Below, one piece after another: positions 6,936 through 16,301 of a DNA stretch of 64,000 nucleotides (positions within the stretch are counted from its first letter, which is position 1; each line of letters opens with the position of its first letter). Source of the stretch: an uncultured bacterium (GTDB lineage: Bacteria > Patescibacteriota > Minisyncoccia > UBA6257 > 2-01-FULL-56-20); contig CAVOJZ010000002.1 of assembly GCA_963696395.1 (NCBI GenBank), forward strand, positions 431,317-495,316, given 5' to 3'. Both the position numbers and the translations under genes were made by a program. The notes beneath the pieces are model-generated. The model saw nothing but the letters and a program-made list of their open reading frames with translations, ran no database searches and was not told where the DNA came from.

Positions 6936-8663
6936 TTAGTGTTTTAAGCACTTCACCATCTTTTCCATAGGCCACGCGTTAATCACGTCTTTCTTTTCCG
7001 CCCAACCGCGCCGGGCCTGGGCGATGCCCCATTCCAAAAGGTCGAAGTGAATCGCTGCGTGCGCATCGGAATCCACCGAAAGCAGAACGCCGGCCTCAAC
7101 ACATTTCCGAACGTGTTCATCTTTGAGGTCCGACCGTTCCGGAAACGAATTTATTTCCATGACCGTTTTTGTTTTTTTGGCGAGCGCTATGACCGCGTCC
7201 ATATCAAGATCAATCGCCGGACGGCGGTTGATGATACGCCCCGTCGGGTGGAATAAAATATCAACATTTGGGTTATTGATCGCACGCAAAACGCGGGCGG
7301 TCTGCTCGGCGCGCGGGAGGTTGAAATAAGAATGGACGGAAACGCCGACCACATCCAGTTTTGATAAAATCGAATCCGACAAATCGAGTGTGCCTTCCTT
7401 CAAAATGTCGCACTCGGTTCCCTTCAATACTTTAATTTTCCCGGCCAGTTTTTTGTTCACGCGATCAATCTCGTTCATCTGCTGCGCCAATCGCTTCTCG
7501 TCCAGGCCGTGCGTCATCGCAAGCCGTTTTGTGTGATCCGTGATCACGATATATTTTAGTCCGCGTTCGTAAGCGGCGAGGGCCATTGCCTCTATTGAAG
7601 CCGAACCGTCTGTCCAATCGGTTTGCGTCTGGAGATCCCCCTGGAGATCCTTATAGCCGATAATCTTCGGCAGTCGATGTGCCCGTGCGGCTTCAATCTC
7701 GCCAGTATTTTCACGGAGCTCGGGCTCAACATAATCCATGCCGAACTTTGCATAGAGTTCCTCCTCGGATGCTCCGGCAATCTGCTTTGTCCCCTTAAAA
7801 AGCCCGTATTCATTAAGTTTCCAGCCTTTATTGAGGGCAGCCTGCCGCATGGCAACGTTGTGGTCTTTCGATCCGGTGAAATAGTTGAGTGCCGCACCGT
7901 AGGATTTTTCGGGAACCACACGAAGGTCAACATTGATGCCCGCTCGAAGCTTAACGGATGACTTGGTCGGACCTTCCGCAATCACGTTCACAACCTCCGG
8001 CATTTTGACGAACATTTTCATAACAGCCGTTGCGTCGTTCGAAACGGCGAGGATATCCACGTCGCCGATCGTTTCCTTGCGCCGACGCGCCGATCCCGCT
8101 GGAGTCACTTTTTTTACGCCGGCAACTTTTTCCACGCGCTCCGTGATTTTTCTGATGAGCGGCATCATGTATCCAAGAATAAAGCGCTTGCCGGACTGTT
8201 CGGCGAATCCGATATTTTTCAAAATTTTCTCTTCGCTTTTTTTGCCGAACCCTTCGAGCTTCGCGATCTTCCCGGCCTTCGCCGCTTTCTCGAGGTCGGC
8301 TAAATTTTTTACTCCAAGTTCCTGATATAACCGCTGTATTGATTTCGGTCCGAGGCCTTCCACTTTAGCCAATTGATCCAACCGAACCGGCGTGCTCTTT
8401 TTTAATTCTTCATAAAATTTTATTTTCCCGGTTTTGATAAGCTCTTCTATCGAAGAAGCGATGGATGCACCGACGCCGGGAATCTCTTTCAATCCTTTGA
8501 GTCCGCCCGTGCGATACGTTTCCGCGACTTCGGTTTCGAGTGCGTCGATGGTCTGCGCGGCTTTTTCGTACGCGCGCGGTTTGAACGGCACTTTTTGCAT
8601 GTCGAGATATTCCCCTATTTGCCGAAGTATTTCCGCAACAGCCGAATTTGAGGTATCTGCCAT
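6936..8663 (-). CDS. polX: DNA polymerase X family protein with C-terminal PHP domain
   Basis: HhH motifs (GVGPKSIQRLYQELG), a PolX palm region and a C-terminal PHP region (YIVITDHT...HSYFN...). Confidence 0.8.
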   Translation of the reverse strand: MADTSNSAVAEILRQIGEYLDMQKVPFKPRAYEKAAQTIDALETEVAETYRTGGLKGLKEIPGVGASIASSIEELIKTGKIKFYEELKKSTPVRLDQLAKVEGLGPKSIQRLYQELGVKNLADLEKAAKAGKIAKLEGFGKKSEEKILKNIGFAEQSGKRFILGYMMPLIRKITERVEKVAGVKKVTPAGSARRRKETIGDVDILAVSNDATAVMKMFVKMPEVVNVIAEGPTKSSVKLRAGINVDLRVVPEKSYGAALNYFTGSKDHNVAMRQAALNKGWKLNEYGLFKGTKQIAGASEEELYAKFGMDYVEPELRENTGEIEAARAHRLPKIIGYKDLQGDLQTQTDWTDGSASIEAMALAAYERGLKYIVITDHTKRLAMTHGLDEKRLAQQMNEIDRVNKKLAGKIKVLKGTECDILKEGTLDLSDSILSKLDVVGVSVHSYFNLPRAEQTARVLRAINNPNVDILFHPTGRIINRRPAIDLDMDAVIALAKKTKTVMEINSFPERSDLKDEHVRKCVEAGVLLSVDSDAHAAIHFDLLEWGIAQARRGWAEKKDVINAWPMEKMVKCLKH

Positions 8664-8689
8664 ACCTCTATATTACCAGAGAAAACGCA

Positions 8690-9388
8690 CTAAACATCAA
8701 GGTCGGCGGGGTTGCGATCGGCGAGGAGAACCGCTTTCTGTGTTGATTTTGGAAGAATGAGGTCGGGAACCGAGATAAGAACGAACGCGGCTATCAAGGC
8801 GAGAATTCCGGCAATGACGAAGACGGCAGTGAACCCGAACGCTTCCGCAATTATGCCGGAAAGAAGCCCCGTGATGCCGGCCGCGACGCCGGTCGCCGCG
8901 CTGTCGAGCGACCAGTCGAACGATATCCTCTCCTTGTCGAGATGCCTCGAAAAAATCGTCGGCCAGGCCGCGAAATACATTGCAAAAGCAATGGCGTGGA
9001 TCGCATGGATGACATAAAGTTCCCAAATATTCGTCACCCAGCTCATGGCAATCACCGATATGCCGACAAGAAGAATACCGCCTACGAGCGCCATGAAATC
9101 ATCTTTTTCACCGGGAGTTCGATCAAGATAATTTGCGATTGGGATTTGGACAAGCGAGCGCACAATCCAATAGATCGCCGCGGCAATGCCGACGGTGATA
9201 AGAGTCGCACCCGCGACGTGCTGAATGATGAATATGGAGAATATCGGATCAATGAAACCCCAGCCTGCGAGAAGGAAAAAGTCGGAAATAATAAAATATT
9301 TTACGAGCCGCCCGACTTTGATATCAATGTTAACTTTGATTTTCATATTATGGTTTTGGTACGAAATCGAATTTTTCGCCGGCGGCAA
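8690..9388 (-). CDS. 6-TM membrane protein resembling one half of an MFS transporter
   Basis: Six hydrophobic helices with an LDRTPGEKDD loop (MFS-like DRxGRR motif). Its 5' end overlaps the clp 3' end by about 40 nt. Confidence 0.4.
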   Translation of the reverse strand: MPPAKNSISYQNHNMKIKVNIDIKVGRLVKYFIISDFFLLAGWGFIDPIFSIFIIQHVAGATLITVGIAAAIYWIVRSLVQIPIANYLDRTPGEKDDFMALVGGILLVGISVIAMSWVTNIWELYVIHAIHAIAFAMYFAAWPTIFSRHLDKERISFDWSLDSAATGVAAGITGLLSGIIAEAFGFTAVFVIAGILALIAAFVLISVPDLILPKSTQKAVLLADRNPADLDV

Positions 9389-11870
9389 TGAGCGTGACCT
9401 TATTTCCTTTTTTTATTTTCTTCGAAAGCAAAGCTTCCGAAAGCGGCGCACGAATCCGCTCATCAATCACACGGCGCAACGGGCGGGCGCCGAACGCCGG
9501 GTCGTAACCGAGCTTTGCGACGAGCGCGACAGCCGCCGGATCAAAATCCAGGAATATCCCCTGCTCTTTCACGCGCTCTGCAAGTTCGTGCAGATTAAAC
9601 TCGGCGATCGTCCGAAGGTCGTCGGGCATAAGATTTTTAAACACGATGGTTTTCGTGAAACGATTGAGAAGCTCCGGTTTGAAGATATCAACGAGCCGTT
9701 TTTTTATGTATTCTTCAATATCGCTCATTGATTCCCCTTTCGAAAGAGCCTCGTTAATGATGTCCGAATGGGCATTTGAAGTTGCGATAATGATGGTGTT
9801 TGTAAAATCAACCGTGCGCCCCACGCTGTCGGTGAGACGACCATCGTCAAGCACCTGCAAAAACAGATTTAAAATGTCCGGATACGCCTTCTCAAATTCA
9901 TCGAGGAGAATCAGACTGTATGGTTTTTCGAGTACCGCATCGGTTAGTGCGCCGTGGGTTGATCCATCGGGAGCGCCGATAAACCTTACAAAAGAAGCTT
10001 TATCTTGGTATTCGGTCATGTCGAACCGTGTCATCATTTTTTCGGACCCGAACTGAATGCCCGCGAGAATTTTCGCGAGTTCCGTTTTGCCGACGCCGGT
10101 TGGCCCCACAAAGAGAAAGCTGGCAATCGGGCCGCCCTTGCGGATTAATCCGCTGCGATATTCACGAAGTGCCTGCGCGACCGCGCTTACGGCTTCCTCC
10201 TGATCCACGAGGCGCTCATGGATGATTTTTTCCATATTAAGCAGTCGCTCCGCCTCGTCGCCTTCGGCTTCGTGAAGCGGAATATGAAGCTTAGCTTCGG
10301 CAACCGCCGTGACGCGATCCGGCCCGAGAGCTTTCTCACCGCGTGCTTCCGCCTGGACAATCGAACTCTTTAAAAGCTCTTCGGCGCTCGACGGCAGAAA
10401 CTTTTCGTGAAAATACTTTTTCGCGAGAACGACAGCGCGCTTCACGGCGCCGAAACTCACCGTAATGTCATATTCTTTTTCGAGAATGAGGCTCTCGTAG
10501 GTTAATATTTTTTCCGCATCCTCTTCGTTCACTTCCTGCACGCGGATAATTTCGAATGCGCCAACAAAGTCGCTGCGCGGTTCAATCGCCTGCTTAAATT
10601 CTTTCGGATACGTCGAACCGACGACCGGGAACTCGTTATTCATGATGATCGGCATCAATGCATCCGCCGCGGAAAGATAGGCCGTGCCGGATGTCTTCAC
10701 AAGATTGTGAATGTCGGGGATGGCAAGGATAACATTGCCCGCCATGTAAATCTCATCGACGATTTTTTTGAGGCGTGCATTTAATTCGTCCGGAGGAGCA
10801 CCGGCAACCAACCCTTGGATATCGAGAGATACCAATCGCTTGTCGAATAAATTCTTCGGAACATCGTCTTTCGTGAGCATGAATGCCAGGTGCTGAATGA
10901 TGGTCTCTTTGCCGATGCCCGCTTCACCTACGAGGATCGCGTTCGGGTTTGCCGGACGGCCAAGCGTTTCCACAAGCCGCTCGTATTCCTCCTCGTGGCC
11001 GATCATAAAACCAATCTGGGTCTCGCGGGCGAGATCCGTAAAATCGGTTGCATAGCGGTCAAGTGTGGGAGTCGGTCGCGACGTCCATGCGCGATTCATG
11101 ATCCGATGCCGTATCACACGGTGCGCATCGAGAACAAACCCTCCAAGACTGAGCGGCAGCCCACCGAACCGCCGCCGGCTGGAAGCGGAACTGAAAATGA
11201 GGGCGCGTTCGAGATCGCCGGCATCAATCGAGAAAAGCTGAAAGAGCCGATCAAGATCTTCGTTGTGCATCGTTGCAAGCCCGGAAAAAAGATCCTGCGG
11301 TGCAACAAAGTCATGACCGGAATCGAGAGCAGCCTTGAAGGCCGCGGCGGCAAGCAATTCTGCCTGATTAATTTTTTCTTCTTTGTTCGCCGAACCAGCC
11401 GCATTTGGTTGGGACAAAAGATCGTCAAGTTTCGCTTTAAATTCTTTGGGCTTCACATCGAGCCGCGTTAATCCTTCTTCTATCTCCGGCAATTCCAGAA
11501 GCCGCTGGGCAACTTCAAGAAAGAATGACCGCTTGCCGATAACGCTCCGATCCATTGCCCGCCCGATGACGGAAAATGCCTGCGGCCTGAATGCCGATGC
11601 GATATTCGCTTTTCCGTTTTGCGGAAACTCGGAAATCGGCACGTCACCTTCTCCACGATGGATCCAGCGGTCAAGTAAATAAAGGGAAATGAATAAGCCG
11701 AGATAATAAAAAACGCGGATGTCGGAGATGAGAAATGTCACCGCCGCAGCCACAAGCACGAGATTTGCAACGTAGCTAATAACACGGACCAGAATTCTGC
11801 CCGCGACCGTCATGCGCAGGCGCGGTTCGTCGTATCGCAATTCGAGCGGGCTAGAGGTTTCGTGCGGCAT
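9348..11870 (-). CDS. Clp/Hsp100-family AAA+ ATPase (ClpC/ClpB-like) with N-terminal transmembrane helices and degenerate first nucleotide-binding domain
   Basis: Two N-terminal TM helices, then Clp_N-like repeats. NBD1 Walker A reads GEAGIGKE (Thr replaced by Glu) and Walker B reads ILAIPDIH instead of IDEIH. NBD2 is canonical (GPTGVGKTELAK, sensor and arginine finger present). Confidence 0.8.
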   Translation of the reverse strand: MPHETSSPLELRYDEPRLRMTVAGRILVRVISYVANLVLVAAAVTFLISDIRVFYYLGLFISLYLLDRWIHRGEGDVPISEFPQNGKANIASAFRPQAFSVIGRAMDRSVIGKRSFFLEVAQRLLELPEIEEGLTRLDVKPKEFKAKLDDLLSQPNAAGSANKEEKINQAELLAAAAFKAALDSGHDFVAPQDLFSGLATMHNEDLDRLFQLFSIDAGDLERALIFSSASSRRRFGGLPLSLGGFVLDAHRVIRHRIMNRAWTSRPTPTLDRYATDFTDLARETQIGFMIGHEEEYERLVETLGRPANPNAILVGEAGIGKETIIQHLAFMLTKDDVPKNLFDKRLVSLDIQGLVAGAPPDELNARLKKIVDEIYMAGNVILAIPDIHNLVKTSGTAYLSAADALMPIIMNNEFPVVGSTYPKEFKQAIEPRSDFVGAFEIIRVQEVNEEDAEKILTYESLILEKEYDITVSFGAVKRAVVLAKKYFHEKFLPSSAEELLKSSIVQAEARGEKALGPDRVTAVAEAKLHIPLHEAEGDEAERLLNMEKIIHERLVDQEEAVSAVAQALREYRSGLIRKGGPIASFLFVGPTGVGKTELAKILAGIQFGSEKMMTRFDMTEYQDKASFVRFIGAPDGSTHGALTDAVLEKPYSLILLDEFEKAYPDILNLFLQVLDDGRLTDSVGRTVDFTNTIIIATSNAHSDIINEALSKGESMSDIEEYIKKRLVDIFKPELLNRFTKTIVFKNLMPDDLRTIAEFNLHELAERVKEQGIFLDFDPAAVALVAKLGYDPAFGARPLRRVIDERIRAPLSEALLSKKIKKGNKVTLIAAGEKFDFVPKP

Positions 11871-12198
11871 AGAAAATTATTACGGCCGGGATGACGAGCC
11901 AAAGCAGATAAATGACGGCGAATATGAGCGCGATGGCAAGGTAAATAACCGACCCGATAATGATCCTTCCCGTCCGGAAAACGATCCCCAGAATCCTCCC
12001 GATCACGGAATAATCCCTGTAGAGCGGCTCAAAAAAATGCCGCAGCGTGATTTTTACGGCAAACGTCCGGTCGGCCGATTCGAGCGCTGAAATAAAGACG
12101 TGGGCAAAACGGCGGGAACCGTCAACGTACCAATGATGAAAAAAATCGAAAAAACGGTAGAAAAATCGTTGCAGAAGATACACAAACGCGAAGTCCAT
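11851..12198 (-). CDS. small membrane protein, hypothetical
   Basis: 115 aa with two to three hydrophobic helices. Overlaps the clp start by 20 nt. Confidence 0.35.
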   Translation of the reverse strand: MDFAFVYLLQRFFYRFFDFFHHWYVDGSRRFAHVFISALESADRTFAVKITLRHFFEPLYRDYSVIGRILGIVFRTGRIIIGSVIYLAIALIFAVIYLLWLVIPAVIIFYAARNL

Positions 12199-12257
12199 TT
12201 TTTAATAATACCACGCAAGGCGAGTTGGGGTTTGCGCCTAAGGTTCGCGTCGCTTAT

Positions 12258-12938
12258 TTAAAATAATCCGGCTTGTTTCGGCTTGTCGGTTTTCTTTGGC
12301 TTTGCCATGGCTTCCGGCATAACGACCGCCGGCGGCAATTCCACAGTAAGTTTGCCGGCAAGAACCATCGGCAATTTTTTGAGGTCTTCCCGAAATGTTT
12401 CCATCATGCCGGTCGAGCGCAGTGCGGCGGCAGGATGATAGACGGGATATATAAGCCGTCCGTCAATTTTAAAAACTCGTCCGTGATCGTTTGTGATCTT
12501 TGCAAGCGGCAAAAAATAATTCATGGAGAACCGCCCGAGCGTGCAAACCACTTTTGGATTTATGATTTCGATTTGCCTCGTGAGATACGGCTTGTACGCT
12601 TCAATCTCGCTCGGCAACGGATCGCGATTTTCCGGCGGCCTCCGTTTTACAATATTTGAAATATAAACCTGCTCACGCTTCCATCCGATACTCACGATCA
12701 CCTGGTCGAGCAGCTGCCCAGCGCGCCCGACGAAAGGCCGCCGCAAACGATCTTCGTTCACGCCGGGCGCTTCGCCGATGAACATCACGTCGCAATCAAT
12801 ATTGCCCTCGCCAAAAACCAGGTTCGACTCCATGAGCGGCAAATCCCGCCGCGCTGCAATTTCGCTCTCCAATTTCTGAAGTTCCTCGCGTTTTCCCATA
12901 CGCCCATTATAACGCTTCTTACTGCAAGTGCTCTGCAA
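12258..12938 (-). CDS. uracil-DNA glycosylase, family 4-like
   Basis: FIGEAPG...RPFVGRAGQLL motifs. Confidence 0.8.
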   Translation of the reverse strand: MQSTCSKKRYNGRMGKREELQKLESEIAARRDLPLMESNLVFGEGNIDCDVMFIGEAPGVNEDRLRRPFVGRAGQLLDQVIVSIGWKREQVYISNIVKRRPPENRDPLPSEIEAYKPYLTRQIEIINPKVVCTLGRFSMNYFLPLAKITNDHGRVFKIDGRLIYPVYHPAAALRSTGMMETFREDLKKLPMVLAGKLTVELPPAVVMPEAMAKPKKTDKPKQAGLF

Positions 12939-13839
12939 GCTTCTCCAGACTCTGCCTCCATCCCATTTCCATGCCGCTGAGAGGCGCTTTCAGTTCCGGG
13001 CCGCCTTCAAGAACAACGATGTGAATTGTAAGTTTTGTCTTGCCTCCCTGCTCTTCGAAGGTAATCGTATTCCGGTTTTTAAGCTTCGGGTTGCTTTCGC
13101 CATTTTCAAAGAAAGCATATGAGGCAAAAACAATGTGCTCCGGCTCTTTCACCTCTTCAAAAGTCCCCGTCATGGGATATATTCCGCCGTCAGGCCCTTT
13201 CATATGGATGCGAATCGCACCACCCGCACGTGGATCAAGTTCGCACACCGGAATCGTGAACATCGCAGGCCCCCACCACTGCGCCATAATGTTCGGATCG
13301 GTCCATGCCTTGAACACCTGCTTCCGTGGGGCATCGAAGATGCGTGTTATCGTTGCCTCCCGTTTTGGGCTCGTGAGTTCGGCAAGGCGATCCATACTCT
13401 CCTCTAAACCCTTTTCCATCCCGGCCTGCGCCATACCCTCAAGGTCTCCTATGTTTTGATAGTGTGCCGTCTGCGTCAATGTTGTCGTGCCACCTTCTGA
13501 ATCCGCAAGCGTCATCGTTTGAATCATCTCGTGACCGTCGGGGATGCCTTCAAAATTAAATGTTTGCGTGATTCGTTCAAGCAGAACAACTTCCTTTGTT
13601 ATGCCGTGAAAGCCAAATTTTTTTCCGTCAGCACCGTGTTGAACGAACCGCCATTCGCCTCCCGGCCGAAGGTCGTTTTTCTCAACGGCGGTCGTAAACC
13701 GCCGAGGACCCCACCACAACGGGATAAGCGTTGAATCCGTAACGGCGGCCCAAACCATTCCCCGCGGCGCATCAAACACGCGCGTTGCCGTAATCGTTAG
13801 GTTTTCCCTGTCAATAATGAACTCTGTTTTCTGTTCCAT
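12919..13839 (-). CDS. tandem SRPBCC/Aha1-domain protein
   Basis: Two repeats of the pattern ...RVFDAPR..VW.A.TDP..WWGP... typical of the AHSA1/SRPBCC fold. Confidence 0.65.
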   Translation of the reverse strand: MEQKTEFIIDRENLTITATRVFDAPRGMVWAAVTDSTLIPLWWGPRRFTTAVEKNDLRPGGEWRFVQHGADGKKFGFHGITKEVVLLERITQTFNFEGIPDGHEMIQTMTLADSEGGTTTLTQTAHYQNIGDLEGMAQAGMEKGLEESMDRLAELTSPKREATITRIFDAPRKQVFKAWTDPNIMAQWWGPAMFTIPVCELDPRAGGAIRIHMKGPDGGIYPMTGTFEEVKEPEHIVFASYAFFENGESNPKLKNRNTITFEEQGGKTKLTIHIVVLEGGPELKAPLSGMEMGWRQSLEKLAEHLQ

Positions 13840-13881
13840 TGATATATAGTATTGCTTTCTTTTATTTTTTCTTTCGAGCCT

Positions 13882-14196
13882 TTATTTTTCCTTTTGCAAA
13901 ACCCGATCCAACGCGTCGAACCGTTCATTCCATAGAGCTGTCGTCTCATAAACCCATCGTTCAAATTCCTCAAGCGCCGACGGATTCACTTCGTACATCC
14001 GCTGTCTCCCTCGCTTTTCAACCCGAACCATCCCCGCTTCCCGCAATACCTTTAAGTGCTGGGAAATTGCAGGCGGACTGGAATTAAATTGATCACTGAT
14101 ATCCGTTGCGGAAAGCTCACCCCTGCGGACAAGCATTTCTATAATGGTTCGCCGCGTTGGCTCAGCGAGTGCCGTAAAAACATCCATAGGTCTCAT
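13882..14196 (-). CDS. ArsR/SmtB-family transcriptional regulator
   Basis: LAEPTRRTIIEMLVRRGELSATDISDQFNSSPPAISQHLKVLREAGMV is the winged-HTH ArsR signature. Confidence 0.8.
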   Translation of the reverse strand: MRPMDVFTALAEPTRRTIIEMLVRRGELSATDISDQFNSSPPAISQHLKVLREAGMVRVEKRGRQRMYEVNPSALEEFERWVYETTALWNERFDALDRVLQKEK

Positions 14197-14403
14197 CCTA
14201 AGGTCTCATAACACTTAAGTCAATACTTAATTATCCACAGGGGGCGAGAACTACCGTTTCCCCGACCCCCTTCCCGGTTCAAAACCCCTGCTGGAGTTTC
14301 TATTTGGGCTGAAAAACTGGGAGTCAGTGTTCAATTCTAGTAGGGGTGTAGGAAATAATTTAGCAATTCGAGGCTTCGGTTCGCGTTGAGGTCAGATCAA
14401 TAA

Positions 14404-15357
14404 CTATTTCCTTCGAAGGCCAGCTTTGACAATGACATCGAGCATCGAAGCGAAACTAATGCCTGCCGCTTTTGCTGCTTGAGGTAGCAAGCTTGTTTCG
14501 GTCATGCCCGGAATGGTGTTCGTCTCCAGAATATAAAACGTTGATCCTTTCAGCATAAAATCCGAACGGGACATGCCACGGCATCCGAGCAATATATGGG
14601 CTTGGACGGCCATATACTGAAGTTCTTTGGCTTGTGCCCTCGGCAATCGCGCCGGGGTTATTTCCAAACTTCCTCCCACCCTATATTTCGCACGATAATC
14701 AAAGAATGAAGATGATTTCGGAATGATCTCGGTTGGCGGCAACGCAAAGGGCTTCCTGTTTTTTCCTTCGAGTACACCACAGGTGAATTCACGGCCCTTG
14801 ATATATTGCTGAATCATCACGCGGTCGCTTTCTCGGAATGCTTTTGCGAGGCCTGTACCTAAATCTTTTTTTGATTTAACGATGGAAACACCGACACTCG
14901 ATCCTCCCTCTGCTGGTTTTATGACGACAGGGAGTGAGATCTTGTTTCTGTCGTTCTTGTTTCTGACCACATAGTGAGGCACGTTCATCCTGCTAGTTTC
15001 ATACAAGACATTCGATATCTGTTTGTTCATTGCCATTGCAGAACTCAAAACGCCGGAGCCGGAATAGGGAACACCGAGCCATTCGAGAACAGCTTGAAAA
15101 CGACCGTCTTCCCCAAATGCTCCATGCATCGCAATGAATATGAAATCAAACTTCTTTAATTTTTGGAGTGCTTCCCCGATACTGGCTACCTTTCCGGCAT
15201 TGAATGTCCATAACCCATTTTTTTGCATCACAACGATTGACGGTCGATATTTTTTCCGGTCCAAATTCTTCAAAACCATGTTCGCCGTGTTGAGCGATAC
15301 CTCGTGCTCGGAAGATGGGCCGCCGCATACGACAGCGATTTTTAAAAGTCGTTTCAT
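14404..15357 (-). CDS. ddl: D-alanine--D-alanine ligase
   Basis: Ddl N-terminal and ATP-grasp motifs (HGAFGEDGRFQAVLEWLGVPYSGSGVLSSAMAMNK...). Confidence 0.85.
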   Translation of the reverse strand: MKRLLKIAVVCGGPSSEHEVSLNTANMVLKNLDRKKYRPSIVVMQKNGLWTFNAGKVASIGEALQKLKKFDFIFIAMHGAFGEDGRFQAVLEWLGVPYSGSGVLSSAMAMNKQISNVLYETSRMNVPHYVVRNKNDRNKISLPVVIKPAEGGSSVGVSIVKSKKDLGTGLAKAFRESDRVMIQQYIKGREFTCGVLEGKNRKPFALPPTEIIPKSSSFFDYRAKYRVGGSLEITPARLPRAQAKELQYMAVQAHILLGCRGMSRSDFMLKGSTFYILETNTIPGMTETSLLPQAAKAAGISFASMLDVIVKAGLRRK

Positions 15358-16199
15358 TAAAGTATTTGTGCTTCGCCTCGTTCTTTAAGCCGACTTTCAA
15401 GGCCGTGCATATAGTCGAGAATTTTTGATTTCCTTGCTTCGGTTGCGTCAAGGAGATTTGACATGATGGCGTTCGTCTCCTCCTCGCTCAGGTTGTTCTC
15501 TATCGGAAAATGGGGATATAGCATCCAGTGTATTTGCCGTGGGCCACGCGCTTCGTCGCCGTATCCGGTTCCGAAGAGATGGTAAGGGATTTCTTCCGGC
15601 TTATGGATATCAGGCAAATCTTGAAAGTTCAGCTTGGCGGTTTTCTCGTCAATGAGAAAATTGAGATCGACGTCGGATAGTCGTTCGCCTTCCTGGTGTG
15701 GGCCGTAGAGTGAAGAGCCGGCCAGTGCGATGAGTTTGATTTTGTTCCCGGGGATGATTCTTGAGTGTTTTTCAAGAAGTTTAGGAAGGTCAGCTCGTGT
15801 TTGCTCAATAATTTCTGCGAAACGCTTTTTCCGCTCTTCTCCCCAAAGAAAACTATCTTGAAAGTTCTCCCAAGAGGCTTCTCGCAAGTCATCGGTAAAT
15901 CCTGGGATCAGAGTGAACCTGCCTACCTTTCTCCGGTTGTCGAAGCGATGCAGGTTCGAATGGAGAAGCTCCCGTTGACCTTTGAGCAGGTCATGTTCTA
16001 GTCGCCTGATATCGGGAGGAATATTTTCCAGCCAAAATTGGAATCGCTTTTTGCTGAAATCAATTTCCTCGCCCTTTTTATTAAGATACCCTCCTTTTTC
16101 CGGAGAAAAATCCATAAACAAATTATACCCGATTATAGAAGAAGATTTTTGTATCGTCATCAATGGGGTGTTTTTTGAGAAGTGTGCCGGAAGCGGCAC
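15357..16199 (-). CDS. hypothetical protein, possible nucleotidyltransferase fold
   Basis: LIALAGSSLYGPHQEGERLSDVDLNFLID resembles the GS...D.D motif of Pol-beta-type nucleotidyltransferases. Overlaps the ddl start by 1 nt. Confidence 0.4.
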   Translation of the reverse strand: MPLPAHFSKNTPLMTIQKSSSIIGYNLFMDFSPEKGGYLNKKGEEIDFSKKRFQFWLENIPPDIRRLEHDLLKGQRELLHSNLHRFDNRRKVGRFTLIPGFTDDLREASWENFQDSFLWGEERKKRFAEIIEQTRADLPKLLEKHSRIIPGNKIKLIALAGSSLYGPHQEGERLSDVDLNFLIDEKTAKLNFQDLPDIHKPEEIPYHLFGTGYGDEARGPRQIHWMLYPHFPIENNLSEEETNAIMSNLLDATEARKSKILDYMHGLESRLKERGEAQIL

Positions 16200-16213
16200 G
16201 ATTACCCGTCTTG

Positions 16214-16285
16214 TGCCCCCGCGAGGAATTGAACCTCGATCTTCTCCTTCGGAGGGAGATGTCCTATCCGTTGAACTACGAGGGC
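16214..16285 (-). tRNA. tRNA-Arg (anticodon CCG)
   Basis: The reverse complement GCCCTCGTAGTTCAACGGATAGGACATCTCCCTCCGAAGGAGAAGATCGAGGTTCAATTCCTCGCGGGGGCA folds as a cloverleaf. Acceptor is GCCCTCG/CGGGGGC and the anticodon stem is TCTCC/GGAGA with loop CT-CCG-AA. The T-arm is CGAGG-TTCAATT-CCTCG. CCA is not encoded. Confidence 0.75.
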
Positions 16286-16301
16286 GTTTCGGATGACGTT
16301 C

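Noticed and set aside
9225-9731. 168-aa plus-strand ORF
   Set aside because: Antisense to the Clp ATPase and MFS-like genes, with no homology.
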